From contig CAVSLV010000001.1 in NCBI GenBank assembly GCA_963728915.1, forward strand, positions 1,088,001 through 1,152,000: a DNA stretch of 64,000 nt, read 5' to 3'. The DNA comes from an uncultured Gemmatimonadales bacterium (GTDB lineage Bacteria; Gemmatimonadota; Gemmatimonadetes; Gemmatimonadales; GWC2-71-9). The notes below the pieces were generated by a model. The model saw only the letters and a program-made list of their open reading frames with translations, was not told the DNA's origin and did not search any database. Of the stretch, positions 54,519-63,421 are shown one piece after another (positions within the stretch are counted from its first letter, which is position 1; each line of letters begins with the position of its first letter). The translations under genes were made by a program, and so were the position numbers.

Positions 54519-54599
54519 GGCGGACAGGCGGAACGAAAAGAGGATGCCTGATATGATCTGGATCCTCTGTCCGCCAGTCCGCCTGTCCGCCTGTCCGCC
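54519..54599. repeat. Palindromic octamer repeat (GGCGGACA x2 ... NGTCCGCC x4) between convergent tRNAs
   Basis: ggcggaca ggcggaac ... gaggat/atcctc ... tgtccgcc agtccgcc tgtccgcc tgtccgcc. Confidence 0.8.
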
Positions 54600-54604
54600 T
54601 TGAA

Positions 54605-54678
54605 TGGGCCCTGCAGGACTTGAACCTGCGACCGACGGATTATGAGTCCGCTGCTCTAACCAGCTGAGCTAAGGGCCC
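54605..54678 (-). tRNA. tRNA-Ile2 (CAT anticodon, lysidine-modified)
   Basis: GGGCCCTTAGCTCAGCTGGTTAGAGCAGCGGACTCATAATCCGTCGGTCGCAGGTTCAAGTCCTGCAGGGCCCA; body resembles ileX-type tRNA, with no initiator features. Confidence 0.88.
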
Positions 54679-54789
54679 GAACGTTGCCACGAAACAACTT
54701 AGCAAAACCGCCTCCGGTTGCATACGGGCCTTCGCTTCGGCTCCGTTGGCAACCGCCGGTCGACCTACGGACGGGGGAAAAGCCCGGCC

Positions 54790-55043
54790 TGCACGCCTCC
54801 AATCAAGTCCGCCCGTCCGCCTGGCAACGCGGCGCGAGACCCCTGCGTGAAGAACACTGTGAATCACGAGGTCGTCAATGCGCCGAGCAGATGCTGGAGC
54901 CACGGCAGTGCCGGTGCGCCGAAGAGGAACTTCAGGCAGGACGTCCGCGCGAAGCCGGCGAAGACGATCGTGAATGCGGCCATGCCGGCCCAAGCGAAGT
55001 AGCGGTGGTCGGCGCGGGCAGGTAGCTTCTGGCGGGTCGCCAC
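54790..55043 (-). pseudogene. Disrupted membrane-protein gene
   Basis: GTG-ATRQKLPARADHRYFAWAGMAAFTIVFAGFART...ALTTS, TGA at 54864-54866, then FTVFFTQ continues the hydrophobic helix before the frame degrades. Confidence 0.5.
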
Positions 55044-55116
55044 CCGAGGCGGCCCTGGTTGGCCGGACGGTCGGCCCCCCGACCTCGAAACTCGCCCTTG
55101 AACCCGGAGAAGCCGC

Positions 55117-55584
55117 ATGCGCACCATCGCCTCCTTCTGCCTGCTCGGCGGCCTGTTGGTGGGGTGCGGCACCACCAGCAATTCTACCGGAGGCGACAAC
55201 GCACCGATCACCGCCACGGTGAACGGCTCGGCGTTCGTGGGCAATACCGATGGCATCGCGACGCTCGTGGCCGGCGTGCTCAACATCTCAGCGTTCGACG
55301 CCGACAAGGGACGCGAAATCCTGATCACGCTTCATGTCAACGGAGCCGGGGACTATTCTCTTGCCTCGGCGTCGACCGGGATCGCCGAGTATGAGACCAT
55401 GACAACGACATCCGCCCCGCAGTGGGAGACCGGTTTCAATGGCGGGACCGGCACCATCACGGTGAGCACGCTGACGGCGAGCGGCGCGTCGGGAACGTTC
55501 AGCTTTACGGGACAGGCACTCCCGGGCACCGGTGCGACCGGCACGGTGACGGTCACCGACGGCAAATTCAACGTCACCTTCTGA
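55117..55584 (+). CDS. Lipoprotein, small Thr/Gly-rich beta-sandwich
   Basis: Lipobox LLVG-C; ITATVNG..F, GTITV, SGTFSF, VTVTDGKFNV; GGAGA RBS. Confidence 0.85.
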   Translation: MRTIASFCLLGGLLVGCGTTSNSTGGDNAPITATVNGSAFVGNTDGIATLVAGVLNISAFDADKGREILITLHVNGAGDYSLASASTGIAEYETMTTTSAPQWETGFNGGTGTITVSTLTASGASGTFSFTGQALPGTGATGTVTVTDGKFNVTF

Positions 55585-55662
55585 TCGCGGACCGCGCCCC
55601 GCACCCCCTCTGAAAAATGGTGTGAGGAACGCTGAGGAGCACCGCGGTGTCCCGATAGCATG

Positions 55663-55702
55663 ATGAGTCCCCTGCTCTACCCAAGCTGAGCTAAGGGCCC
55701 GA
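55663..55702 (-). repeat. tRNA-Ile2 5'-half fragment (att-like direct repeat)
   Basis: TC-GGGCCCTTAGCTCAGCTTGGGTAGAGCAGGGGACTCAT, then unrelated sequence; no T arm or 3' acceptor strand. Confidence 0.85.
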
Positions 55703-55794
55703 CGTCCTTTCCAAGGAGCCCAGCGACCATCCCGGAGCGACATCCGCCAGCCGGTATGTCCTGCGCCGGGCGAAAGCTGGTACCTTAGAACCCG

Positions 55795-56868
55795 GTGCGC
55801 GCCGTCATTCTCTCCCATGTGTATCTGGATCCCGAACGCCGCGGCAAGCTCCGCGCGCTGGCGGGCGCCGGGGCGACGATCGCCGTGGCGGTGCCCGGCG
55901 GAATCGCAACGGAAGATCATGGCGTACGTTTCGTTCCCATCCCGGCCGGCGGCGATCTCCGTGACCCGGCTTTGACTTCCTGGGATGCACGGGCGATTCA
56001 CACCCTCCTCGCCGACTTCCGGCCCGACATCGTGCAGATCGAAGAGGAGCCCTGGTCGGTCGCGGCGTCCCGCGCCGCCACCCAGGCGGCCCGGCTCAAG
56101 ATTCCGGCGGTGGTGTGGAGTCGAGAGAGGCTTCGGCCCTCGGGACTGTTTCAGCGTCGCCGGGAGTCGCGAGCCCTTCGGGCTGCCCGGGGCGGTATCG
56201 GGGCCAACGCGGTCGCGGTGCAACGACTCAGGGAGGGATTACCGGGCCGGCCGGTCATCGGTCTGCCACAATTCGGCGTGCCGTTGCCACCTCCGGTCGA
56301 GCGGCCCACCCATGAGGTGCTCGCGATCGGGTATGTCGGACGACTCCTGCCCGATCGTGGGCTGGACCGGCTTCTCCGCGCCTGTGCCACCCTCATGGGA
56401 GGATGGACCCTCACGGTCGCCGGAACCGGCCCGGAGCAGGAGTCGCTCGAGGCCCTTGCCGAACGGCTGGGACTGGCCTCCCGGTTGAAATGGCTGGCTG
56501 GTGTCACCAAAGAAGCGATCGAAGAACTTTGGCCCAGCCTGGATTGCCTGGTCCTTCCCGCCGATCCCGGCGCGGACGGCGCAGAGCGATGGTCCTCGAT
56601 TCTCTTCGAGGCCATGGCGCGCGGGGTGGTGCCGGTGGTCATGGAAGGGAGTATTTCAGCGAGCCTGGTGGGCCAGGCTGGTCGAATCGCGAAAGACGAC
56701 GAAGGGTTGGCCGTGGCGCTTCAGACTCTTCGCGCCTATCCCAATGACCGGCTCCGTCTCGGCGCCGCGGCCCGGCAGCGGGTGCTCGACCGCTTCGTGG
56801 ATCCGGCCCTCGCCGCCGACACCATCCGGTTCTGGAACGAAGTGCTCCGGGCGACTCCGAGAGGCTAA
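55795..56868 (+). CDS. Glycosyltransferase family 4 (GT-B)
   Basis: FRPDIVQIEEEP, IGYVGRL..DRGL..L, AGTGP, EAMARGVVPV. Confidence 0.88.
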   Translation: MRAVILSHVYLDPERRGKLRALAGAGATIAVAVPGGIATEDHGVRFVPIPAGGDLRDPALTSWDARAIHTLLADFRPDIVQIEEEPWSVAASRAATQAARLKIPAVVWSRERLRPSGLFQRRRESRALRAARGGIGANAVAVQRLREGLPGRPVIGLPQFGVPLPPPVERPTHEVLAIGYVGRLLPDRGLDRLLRACATLMGGWTLTVAGTGPEQESLEALAERLGLASRLKWLAGVTKEAIEELWPSLDCLVLPADPGADGAERWSSILFEAMARGVVPVVMEGSISASLVGQAGRIAKDDEGLAVALQTLRAYPNDRLRLGAAARQRVLDRFVDPALAADTIRFWNEVLRATPRG

Positions 56869-57944
56869 TCCGGCAGCGGCAGTGCGACCCGTTTTCCTTC
56901 CCGTGCCGAGATGTAGGTGGCGGTCAGAAGCTCGAGCGATCGGAGTCCCTCGCGACCATCCGTGTCCGGTTCCGCCTGGCCCCGAAGCGCGGCAATGACG
57001 TTGTCGTAGTAGCGCAGGTGGCCTTTGCCGTAGACCGTCGTCGTTTCGTAGCTGGCCCGCTCCACCTCGTCGTCCATCGGGTCGGGATCGGCGAACTGCC
57101 AGTGGTCGATCCGATTGACCGCGACCCCCCCGACCCGAACGGTTCCCCGTTCCCCGAGCACCGTAATCGACCCTTCCAGGTTCCGCGGATAGGTCAGCAT
57201 CGTGACGTTCAGGGAACCCAGTGTACCCGCGCGCCACTGGAGGGAGAGTACGCCGGTGTCCTCCACCTCGATCCGGCGTTCCAGCGTGGAGGCGTACGCG
57301 TGGACGCTGGCGACCGGACCGATCAGCCAGTCCATCATGTCGACATAGTGGCTGGCCTGGTTCATGAACGCGCCCCCGTCGAACTCCCAGGTTCCCCGCC
57401 AGGCCGAGCTGTCGTAATAGGACTGAGGCCGGTTCCAGAACACGTTCACCGTCACCAGGTAGATCCGGCCGAACCGGCCCTGGTCGATCGCTTGTTTGAG
57501 CAGCCGGAGCGTGGGGTTCTTGCGATTCTGTTTCACGATGAACAGGTGCACCCCGGCAGCGTCGGTGGCCCGCACCATCGCCCGGCCATCTTCCAGGCGG
57601 GTGGCCATGGGCTTTTCGCTCATCACGTGAAATCCGGCCCCGGCGACCTGAATCGCCTCCCGGGAGTGCAACCCGCTGGGCGTCGCCAGTACCACAATGT
57701 CCGGCTCCGCGCCGGCGAGGAGCGCCTCGAGGGAAGGAAATCCCGCTGCTCCGGTCCGGGCCATCGCCCGCTGGAGGGCCGCCGGGTCGTTGTCGGAAAC
57801 CCCGACCAGCTCGGCGGCACTGCGCTGGCCCTCGATTGCTTCGAAGTGGTTCGCCGAAATCCGGCCACAGCCCACCAGCGCGAACCGGATTCGCCGGTTG
57901 GCCGGGACCGTTTTGCGAACCAGAACGCTGCCGGGATGCTTCAT
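56865..57944 (-). CDS. Gfo/Idh/MocA oxidoreductase, WlbA/WbpB-like UDP-sugar acid dehydrogenase
   Basis: ALVGCGRIS, ATPSGLH, EKPMA, VKQNR.N, WRGTWEFDGGAFMNQASHYVD; ATG 57944. Confidence 0.88.
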   Translation of the reverse strand: MKHPGSVLVRKTVPANRRIRFALVGCGRISANHFEAIEGQRSAAELVGVSDNDPAALQRAMARTGAAGFPSLEALLAGAEPDIVVLATPSGLHSREAIQVAGAGFHVMSEKPMATRLEDGRAMVRATDAAGVHLFIVKQNRKNPTLRLLKQAIDQGRFGRIYLVTVNVFWNRPQSYYDSSAWRGTWEFDGGAFMNQASHYVDMMDWLIGPVASVHAYASTLERRIEVEDTGVLSLQWRAGTLGSLNVTMLTYPRNLEGSITVLGERGTVRVGGVAVNRIDHWQFADPDPMDDEVERASYETTTVYGKGHLRYYDNVIAALRGQAEPDTDGREGLRSLELLTATYISAREGKRVALPLPD

Positions 57945-59245
57945 TCGCGAGCCGGTGAGAGGATCGGGAGGTCGAGCTGCCGCGCCCGCCACGCTTCCAT
58001 GCGAACCCTGAGCACGACTCCCTCCGGAGTCTCCTCGCGGGAGAGCACCTCCCCCGCGCGATACACCGCGGCGAGACGGGCCCCGTCGCCGGGAGGAATC
58101 ATAACCCGGAGGACCGGCCGGCCTTCCCGGCTCCGTTCCCGGAGCGCCCCCTTGAGCTCTCCGAGACCCGAAGCATCGAGGGCACTGGTGAAGACCGCCC
58201 CGGGGTGGAGCCGGGAGATCCGCTCCCGAAAGGCGGCGGGGTCGGCCACCCGATCCATCTTGTTGAAGACCAGCACTTCCGGGCGGTCGGCCAGCTCGAG
58301 CTCGGCCAGCACCGCGTCCACGACGGTGGTCTGCTCCTCCCAGTATGGGTGGCTCGCGTCGACGACGTGCAGCAGCACGTCCGCCTGCCGCGCCTCCTCG
58401 AGCGTGGCCCGGAAGCTCGCGACCAGGTGGTGGGGAAGTTTGCGAATGAACCCGACGGTGTCGGTGATCCGGGCCCGCACGCCCTCACCGAGATCGACCT
58501 CGCGGGTGACCGTGTCGAGCGTGGCGAACAACCGGTCCTCCACCAGGATGTCGCCGCCGGTTCCCGCCGCGAGCGCCCGGAGCACGCTGGATTTCCCCGC
58601 ATTGGTGTAGCCGACGATGGCAGCCTGGAGCAGGACATGTTTCCCGGCGCCGTTTCGCAGCATGGCCCGATGGCGGGCCACATCCCGGAGCCGGGCTCGA
58701 TGGTGCTGGATCTTCTTTCGGATGATCCGCCGGTCGGTCTCGAGCTGGGTCTCGCCCGGCCCCCGCAGTCCGATCCCACCCCGGATCCGCGAGAGGTGGG
58801 TCCACATCCGGGTCAGGCGTGGTAGCAGGTATTCGAGCTGCGCCAGTTCGACCTGGAGTTTGGCCTCCGCCGTCCGCGCGCGGGTGGAGAAAATGTCGAG
58901 GATGACCTCCGCGCGATCCATGACCCGCACCCCGAGCTCGCGCTCCAGATTGGCGCCCTGGACCGGTGACAGCTCTTCATCGAAAATCGCGAGGGTGGCC
59001 CGGTCCTCCTCCACTCGCTCCTTGAGCTCCCCGACCTTTCCCTCCCCGAGAAGAGTGGCGGGGTTGGGAGCCGCCACCTGCTGAGTCAACCGGCCAACCA
59101 CCACGGCGCCCGCCGTGTCGACCAGGCGCGACAGCTCATCGAGGTGTTCGACCATGTGTTCGGCGTCAGCGGAGCCTTTGCGAGGGGCCGCGACCAGGAT
59201 GGCCCGCTCGACCGGAGGCTCGACGGTGATCAGTTCTCGAGCCAT
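57941..59245 (-). CDS. hflX: GTPase HflX
   Basis: ILDIF..RA.T.EAKLQVELAQL, GPGETQLETDRR, GYTNAGKS, LFATLD, DTVGFI, NKMD; ATG 59245. Confidence 0.96.
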   Translation of the reverse strand: MARELITVEPPVERAILVAAPRKGSADAEHMVEHLDELSRLVDTAGAVVVGRLTQQVAAPNPATLLGEGKVGELKERVEEDRATLAIFDEELSPVQGANLERELGVRVMDRAEVILDIFSTRARTAEAKLQVELAQLEYLLPRLTRMWTHLSRIRGGIGLRGPGETQLETDRRIIRKKIQHHRARLRDVARHRAMLRNGAGKHVLLQAAIVGYTNAGKSSVLRALAAGTGGDILVEDRLFATLDTVTREVDLGEGVRARITDTVGFIRKLPHHLVASFRATLEEARQADVLLHVVDASHPYWEEQTTVVDAVLAELELADRPEVLVFNKMDRVADPAAFRERISRLHPGAVFTSALDASGLGELKGALRERSREGRPVLRVMIPPGDGARLAAVYRAGEVLSREETPEGVVLRVRMEAWRARQLDLPILSPARE

Positions 59246-60555
59246 CAACCTTGTCCTTCCTTCCGTTGTTTCCAGTAGCTCATCCGTTCGGCAACTTTCC
59301 GTTCGTGCCCCAGCGTGCCGGGATGATAGAACTCGGCGCCCAGCAGGGAATCGGGCAGGTACTCCTGGGGGATGTAATGATCGGGAGCGTCGTGAGCGTA
59401 TTGGTAGTCCCGGCCATACCCGAGCTGCTTCATGAGACCGGTGGGCGCATTGCGAAGATGAACCGGCACCGGCTCGGCCGGGCTGCTCTTCGCTGCGTCG
59501 AGAGCCGCGCCCAGCGCCTGCACGACGCTGTTGGATTTGGGCGCGGTGGCAAGGTAGACCGTCATCTCGGTGAGCGGCAGGTAGCCCTCGGGCGGGCCGA
59601 GCTGACGGTAGGCCTCTCGCGCGGCCACCGCCAGTTGAAGGGCCATTGGATCGGCCAGCCCGATGTCCTCGGCGGCCATGGCGATCGCCCGGCGAAAGAG
59701 CACCAGCGGATCCTCGCCCCCCTCGAGCATCCGCGCCATCCAGTAGAGCGCGCCCTGAGGATCGCTTCCCCGGAGCGATTTGTGATAGGCGGAGAGCATG
59801 TTGAAATGCTCCTCCCCGGACTGGTCGTATCGCGGAATCCGCTTCGCGAAGGCTTCCGCCATCGCATCGCGGGAGATGGCTCCGCCGCAGCCCACCTGCC
59901 CGGCGGCTGCTTCGAGCGCCGCCAGCGCCCGGCGCGCGTCGCCATCGGCCTGTACCGCGAGCCACCGGATCGCGTCATCGTCGAGCGACAGCTCGAGAGC
60001 TCCCAGCCCGCGATCCCGGTCCGAGAGAGCGGCGCGGATCACCCGTTCGATCGCCCCGGGCGGGAGCGGTTCCAGCACGAAAACCTGACAACGCGAAAGC
60101 AGCGCCGCGTTCAGGCTGAAGCTCGGGTTCTCCGTCGTGGCCCCGACCAGGGTGATCGTCCCGCGCTCGATGTGGGGCAGGAACGCGTCCTGCTGGGCCC
60201 GGTTGAAGCGGTGGATCTCGTCGCAGAACAGAATGGTACCGCGACCAAGCCGGCGCCGTTCTTCCGCCTCCTTGATGATCTCGCGCACCCGCTGGACACC
60301 TTCGGTGACGGCGCTGAATCCGATGAAGGCTCGTCCGGTGTGCTGAGCGATCAAGCTCGCGAGCGAGGTTTTCCCCGTCCCCGGCGGCCCCCACAGGATG
60401 GCGCTGCCCAGGTCACCGCGGCGCAGCGCGTCGCCCAAGGCCCGTCCCGGAGCGAGCAGGTGCTCCTGGCCCACGAACTCATCGAGGGTACGGGGCCGCA
60501 TCCGGGTCGCCAGGGGCGCGGGCGTCGTGAAGAGACCGGGGTTGTCGTCGCTCAC
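59245..60555 (-). CDS. rarA: Replication-associated recombination protein A (AAA+)
   Basis: [57 protein letters not shown]. Confidence 0.96.
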   Translation of the reverse strand: MSDDNPGLFTTPAPLATRMRPRTLDEFVGQEHLLAPGRALGDALRRGDLGSAILWGPPGTGKTSLASLIAQHTGRAFIGFSAVTEGVQRVREIIKEAEERRRLGRGTILFCDEIHRFNRAQQDAFLPHIERGTITLVGATTENPSFSLNAALLSRCQVFVLEPLPPGAIERVIRAALSDRDRGLGALELSLDDDAIRWLAVQADGDARRALAALEAAAGQVGCGGAISRDAMAEAFAKRIPRYDQSGEEHFNMLSAYHKSLRGSDPQGALYWMARMLEGGEDPLVLFRRAIAMAAEDIGLADPMALQLAVAAREAYRQLGPPEGYLPLTEMTVYLATAPKSNSVVQALGAALDAAKSSPAEPVPVHLRNAPTGLMKQLGYGRDYQYAHDAPDHYIPQEYLPDSLLGAEFYHPGTLGHERKVAERMSYWKQRKEGQG

Positions 60556-60558
60556 CGG

Positions 60559-61278
60559 TCAACCTCCCAGCTGCCGCAACAGGAGCAGTGCGGCCACGCC
60601 AGTCAGAAACGCCACCGCGGTACGAAACCCGCGAGTGGACTGCAGTTCAGGCACCAGATTGGACGCCGCCACGTAGAGAGTGACGCCGGCCGCCAGGGCG
60701 AGCCCATAACTGGCCAGCGGCGCAATGACCTCGGTGAGCAGGGCGCCGAGAATGGTCATGCCGCCGAGGACCAGCCCGGCTTGGAGGGCCCGCCGGTTGC
60801 CTAACCCGCTGGCCAGGACCACGCTGGCCACCGAGACGCCCTCCGGCAGCTTGTGCAGAAAGATCGCCAGGAAGAAGAAGACCCCCAGCTCGAACGAGAC
60901 CAGAAATCCGCTCGCCACCGCGACCCCGTCGAACAGGGCGTGCAGCGCCAGGCCGCCGAGCGCGGCCATGCCCGCCGAGCGAGGGACTTCATGGCGCTCT
61001 TCGCCGAAGTGAAAGTGCGGGGTGAGCACGTGCTGGGTGATGTGCACCATGAGGTAGCCGAGCAGAAGCAGAAGCCCGCTGATCCCGGGCGAAGCGCTTT
61101 CCTGGAACAGGCGCGGAAGCACCCCGGCCAGCACGAGCGCCACCATGAACCCGGCCCCGAACGCGAGGAAGACGTTGATGACCGCGAGACCTCGCCGGGC
61201 CGCGCGCACTACGGCCACCGCCCCGATCAGGTTCCCGGCCGCGGCACCGCTGGCGAAGAGGATCGGGCTCAGCTCCAT
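60559..61278 (-). CDS. ZIP family metal transporter
   Basis: Multiple TM helices; HFHFGEERH, LHALFDG, LHKLPEG, LYVAASNLVPE. Confidence 0.9.
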   Translation of the reverse strand: MELSPILFASGAAAGNLIGAVAVVRAARRGLAVINVFLAFGAGFMVALVLAGVLPRLFQESASPGISGLLLLLGYLMVHITQHVLTPHFHFGEERHEVPRSAGMAALGGLALHALFDGVAVASGFLVSFELGVFFFLAIFLHKLPEGVSVASVVLASGLGNRRALQAGLVLGGMTILGALLTEVIAPLASYGLALAAGVTLYVAASNLVPELQSTRGFRTAVAFLTGVAALLLLRQLGG

Positions 61279-62453
61279 GCCCGCACTCTCTCCAGGAGGT
61301 GCTCCCGGGTATTGGCTTCGGGATGATCGAGCACGAAGTCCAGCAGGCGCCCCAGCAGCTGTCCCATGCCCGGCCCGGGCGTAATGCCTTCCTGGCTCAA
61401 GTCGTCACCGGTCAGGGCGAGCTGGGCCCGACTGACCGCTTCCCCCCGTTCACGGATTCCCTGCACCACCGAAGCCCAGGCAGCGGCGGAGCCGAGACGA
61501 TATCGACCCAGGAGAACCAGATCGTCAACCGCGTCTCCCGCTTCCGCCATCCAGCGTCGCACCGCAATCGCGTCGTCACCGCGCGGCTCTGGCGGGTGCT
61601 CCTCCAGCGCAAGGGCTCGGCTGATCTCCTGCCCGGACCCACGAAGCCGCCGAAGGACCTCGCCAGGATGGCTGCACAGGGCGGCGGTCAGGACCACCGG
61701 GTCGCGCGGCTGAGGAGTGGGTTCAGCGATTCCCGGCCCGCTGGAGAGCTCCGGCAACCAGACCGCTGCCGCTCCGGAGGATTTCCAGAGCTCCACGAGA
61801 AGCGGCAGGGCCTGGGCGGTCTCGAGGCCCTTGAACCACTCTTCCCTGACCCGCTCCGCCGAGAGTCCCCTGAGCCCCGGCGCTGCGTTGATGGCCGCCC
61901 GCCAGGTCTCCGGATCGATGGAGAACCCGAATCGCGCGGCAAACCGGAGCGCCCGGAGAATCCGGAGGTAGTCCTCCGCGAATCGCTGGGCCGGCTGCCC
62001 CACCGCCCGGATGACCTTGCGCTGGATATCGAGTCGGCCTCCGAAGGGATCCCGCCAGCGCTGGGTGGCGGGGTGGTAGGCCAGCGAGTTCATGGTGAAA
62101 TCGCGGCGGGCGAGATCCTCCTCGAGGGAAACCCCATATTCCACTACCGCGTGTCGCCCGTCGGTCGCGACGTCCTTCCGGAAGGTGGTCACTTCGTGCA
62201 TCACCCGGCGGCGATCGAGCACGCCGACGGTGCCGTATTTCACCCCGACCGCGATCGCGCGGGGAAAGATCGCGAGGACCTGGTCCGGCGTCGCTGCGGT
62301 GGCCAGGTCCACGTCTTCGCCGGGAAGGCCGAGCAGACGGTCCCGGAGTGCCCCGCCGACGCACCAGGTCTCATAACCCGCTCGTTCGAGCTGGGCGGCG
62401 ATGTCGAGCACTCCCTCCGGGAGATCGCCGAGCGGTGGCAGGGTGGCGGTCAC
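61269..62453 (-). CDS. cca: CCA tRNA nucleotidyltransferase (class II)
   Basis: VGGALRD, DVDLAT, RRDFTMN, EDYLRILRALRF, SAERVREE; GTG 62453. Confidence 0.88.
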   Translation of the reverse strand: MTATLPPLGDLPEGVLDIAAQLERAGYETWCVGGALRDRLLGLPGEDVDLATAATPDQVLAIFPRAIAVGVKYGTVGVLDRRRVMHEVTTFRKDVATDGRHAVVEYGVSLEEDLARRDFTMNSLAYHPATQRWRDPFGGRLDIQRKVIRAVGQPAQRFAEDYLRILRALRFAARFGFSIDPETWRAAINAAPGLRGLSAERVREEWFKGLETAQALPLLVELWKSSGAAAVWLPELSSGPGIAEPTPQPRDPVVLTAALCSHPGEVLRRLRGSGQEISRALALEEHPPEPRGDDAIAVRRWMAEAGDAVDDLVLLGRYRLGSAAAWASVVQGIRERGEAVSRAQLALTGDDLSQEGITPGPGMGQLLGRLLDFVLDHPEANTREHLLERVRAWS

Positions 62454-63418
62454 GGGTCTGTCCCGTAGGGCACCTGCGAGGAGAGACAGAGCATCAGCTC
62501 CATCCGGGCCAGGGAGGACGAGCGGGGACCCGCCGGAAAAACCCCCAGGCCGAGCAGCTGCGCTCCCCCGCCTTCGAACGCGTATTCGCCGCCCACTTCG
62601 CCAAAGGGGCACCGGGTGGCCAGCACCACCGGTTTGCCCTCGGCCAGCCATCGTCGTACCGCCGGCAGCGCCCCCGGCGGGACATTCCCTCGGCCGAAGC
62701 CCTCGATCACCACGCCGTCAAACCGGGGCCTCGCAAGCTCGAGCAGCCGGCCATCGTCGCCCAGGATCAGCGGAATGATCGCGACCCGCGCCGAGAGTTG
62801 AGCGACCGGCAGGGGCGGTCCGTGCTTCGCTGGCGCTCCCGCCCAGCGCACCACGCCGGCGTCCACGGACCCGAGCGCCGCCCCATGCGGGGAGCCGAAC
62901 GCGTCGGGCGAAAATGCGTCCAGTTTGACGGTAGTCCGCCCGGAAAGCACCCGCCCCGCAAAGACCACCATGGTACCGTGCCCCCGGGCCTCCGGCGCGG
63001 CGGCGACCGTGATGGCATCCCGGAGGTTCCGGGGGCCATCCCACTCGGGATCGCTGGAGGTGCGCATCGCTCCGGTGACCACGACCGGCGCCTCGGGATC
63101 GAGGGTCCGGGAGAGGAGGTAGGCGGTCTCTTCGAGGGTATCGGTACCGTGGGTGATCACCACCCCGGTGGGCGGGTTAGGCCCTCCGGCCAGGTGGGCC
63201 ACCCGTTCCCGGAGCGCCCAGAGCTCGGCGGGCCCCCGATGGACGCCGGGCATCCGCTCCCAGTCCTCGACGGTGAGACGGGCGTTCCCGGAAACGTCGC
63301 CCGCCATGGCGAGCAGCGCCTGGCCATCGAGCGCCGGGACGTTGCCGCCCGCCTGGCTGCTCCGCTGCATCGCGATGGTGCCGCCGGTGGCGAGGAGATG
63401 AATCACCCCCGAGGCCAC
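62450..63418 (-). CDS. L-asparaginase (class 1)
   Basis: ATGGTIAM, HGTDTLEETA, TGAMR. Confidence 0.93.
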   Translation of the reverse strand: MASGVIHLLATGGTIAMQRSSQAGGNVPALDGQALLAMAGDVSGNARLTVEDWERMPGVHRGPAELWALRERVAHLAGGPNPPTGVVITHGTDTLEETAYLLSRTLDPEAPVVVTGAMRTSSDPEWDGPRNLRDAITVAAAPEARGHGTMVVFAGRVLSGRTTVKLDAFSPDAFGSPHGAALGSVDAGVVRWAGAPAKHGPPLPVAQLSARVAIIPLILGDDGRLLELARPRFDGVVIEGFGRGNVPPGALPAVRRWLAEGKPVVLATRCPFGEVGGEYAFEGGGAQLLGLGVFPAGPRSSSLARMELMLCLSSQVPYGTDP

Positions 63419-63421
63419 GGC

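Larger units (their letters stand above)
54642..55702. mobile_element. Decayed tRNA-integrated islet (~1 kb) flanked by tRNA-Ile2 and a duplicate of its 5' half
   Basis: Direct repeat 54642-54680 vs 55663-55702 (37/40 identical); cargo is a lipoprotein gene and a pseudogene; no integrase. Confidence 0.6.

Noticed and set aside
54568..54599. CRISPR array
   Set aside because: 8-nt tandem units without spacers; no cas genes in the window.
54605..54678. tRNA-Met assignment for the CAT tRNA
   Set aside because: It has a paired G1-C72 and lacks three consecutive G-C pairs in the anticodon stem, so it is not the initiator; the body resembles Ile2. Elongator Met is less likely but not formally excluded.
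55620..55702. Second complete or intron-split tRNA at the duplicate
   Set aside because: No T arm or matching 3' acceptor strand follows the fragment, and the 1 kb insert shows no group I/II intron hallmarks I can see; the downstream tRNA is already complete.
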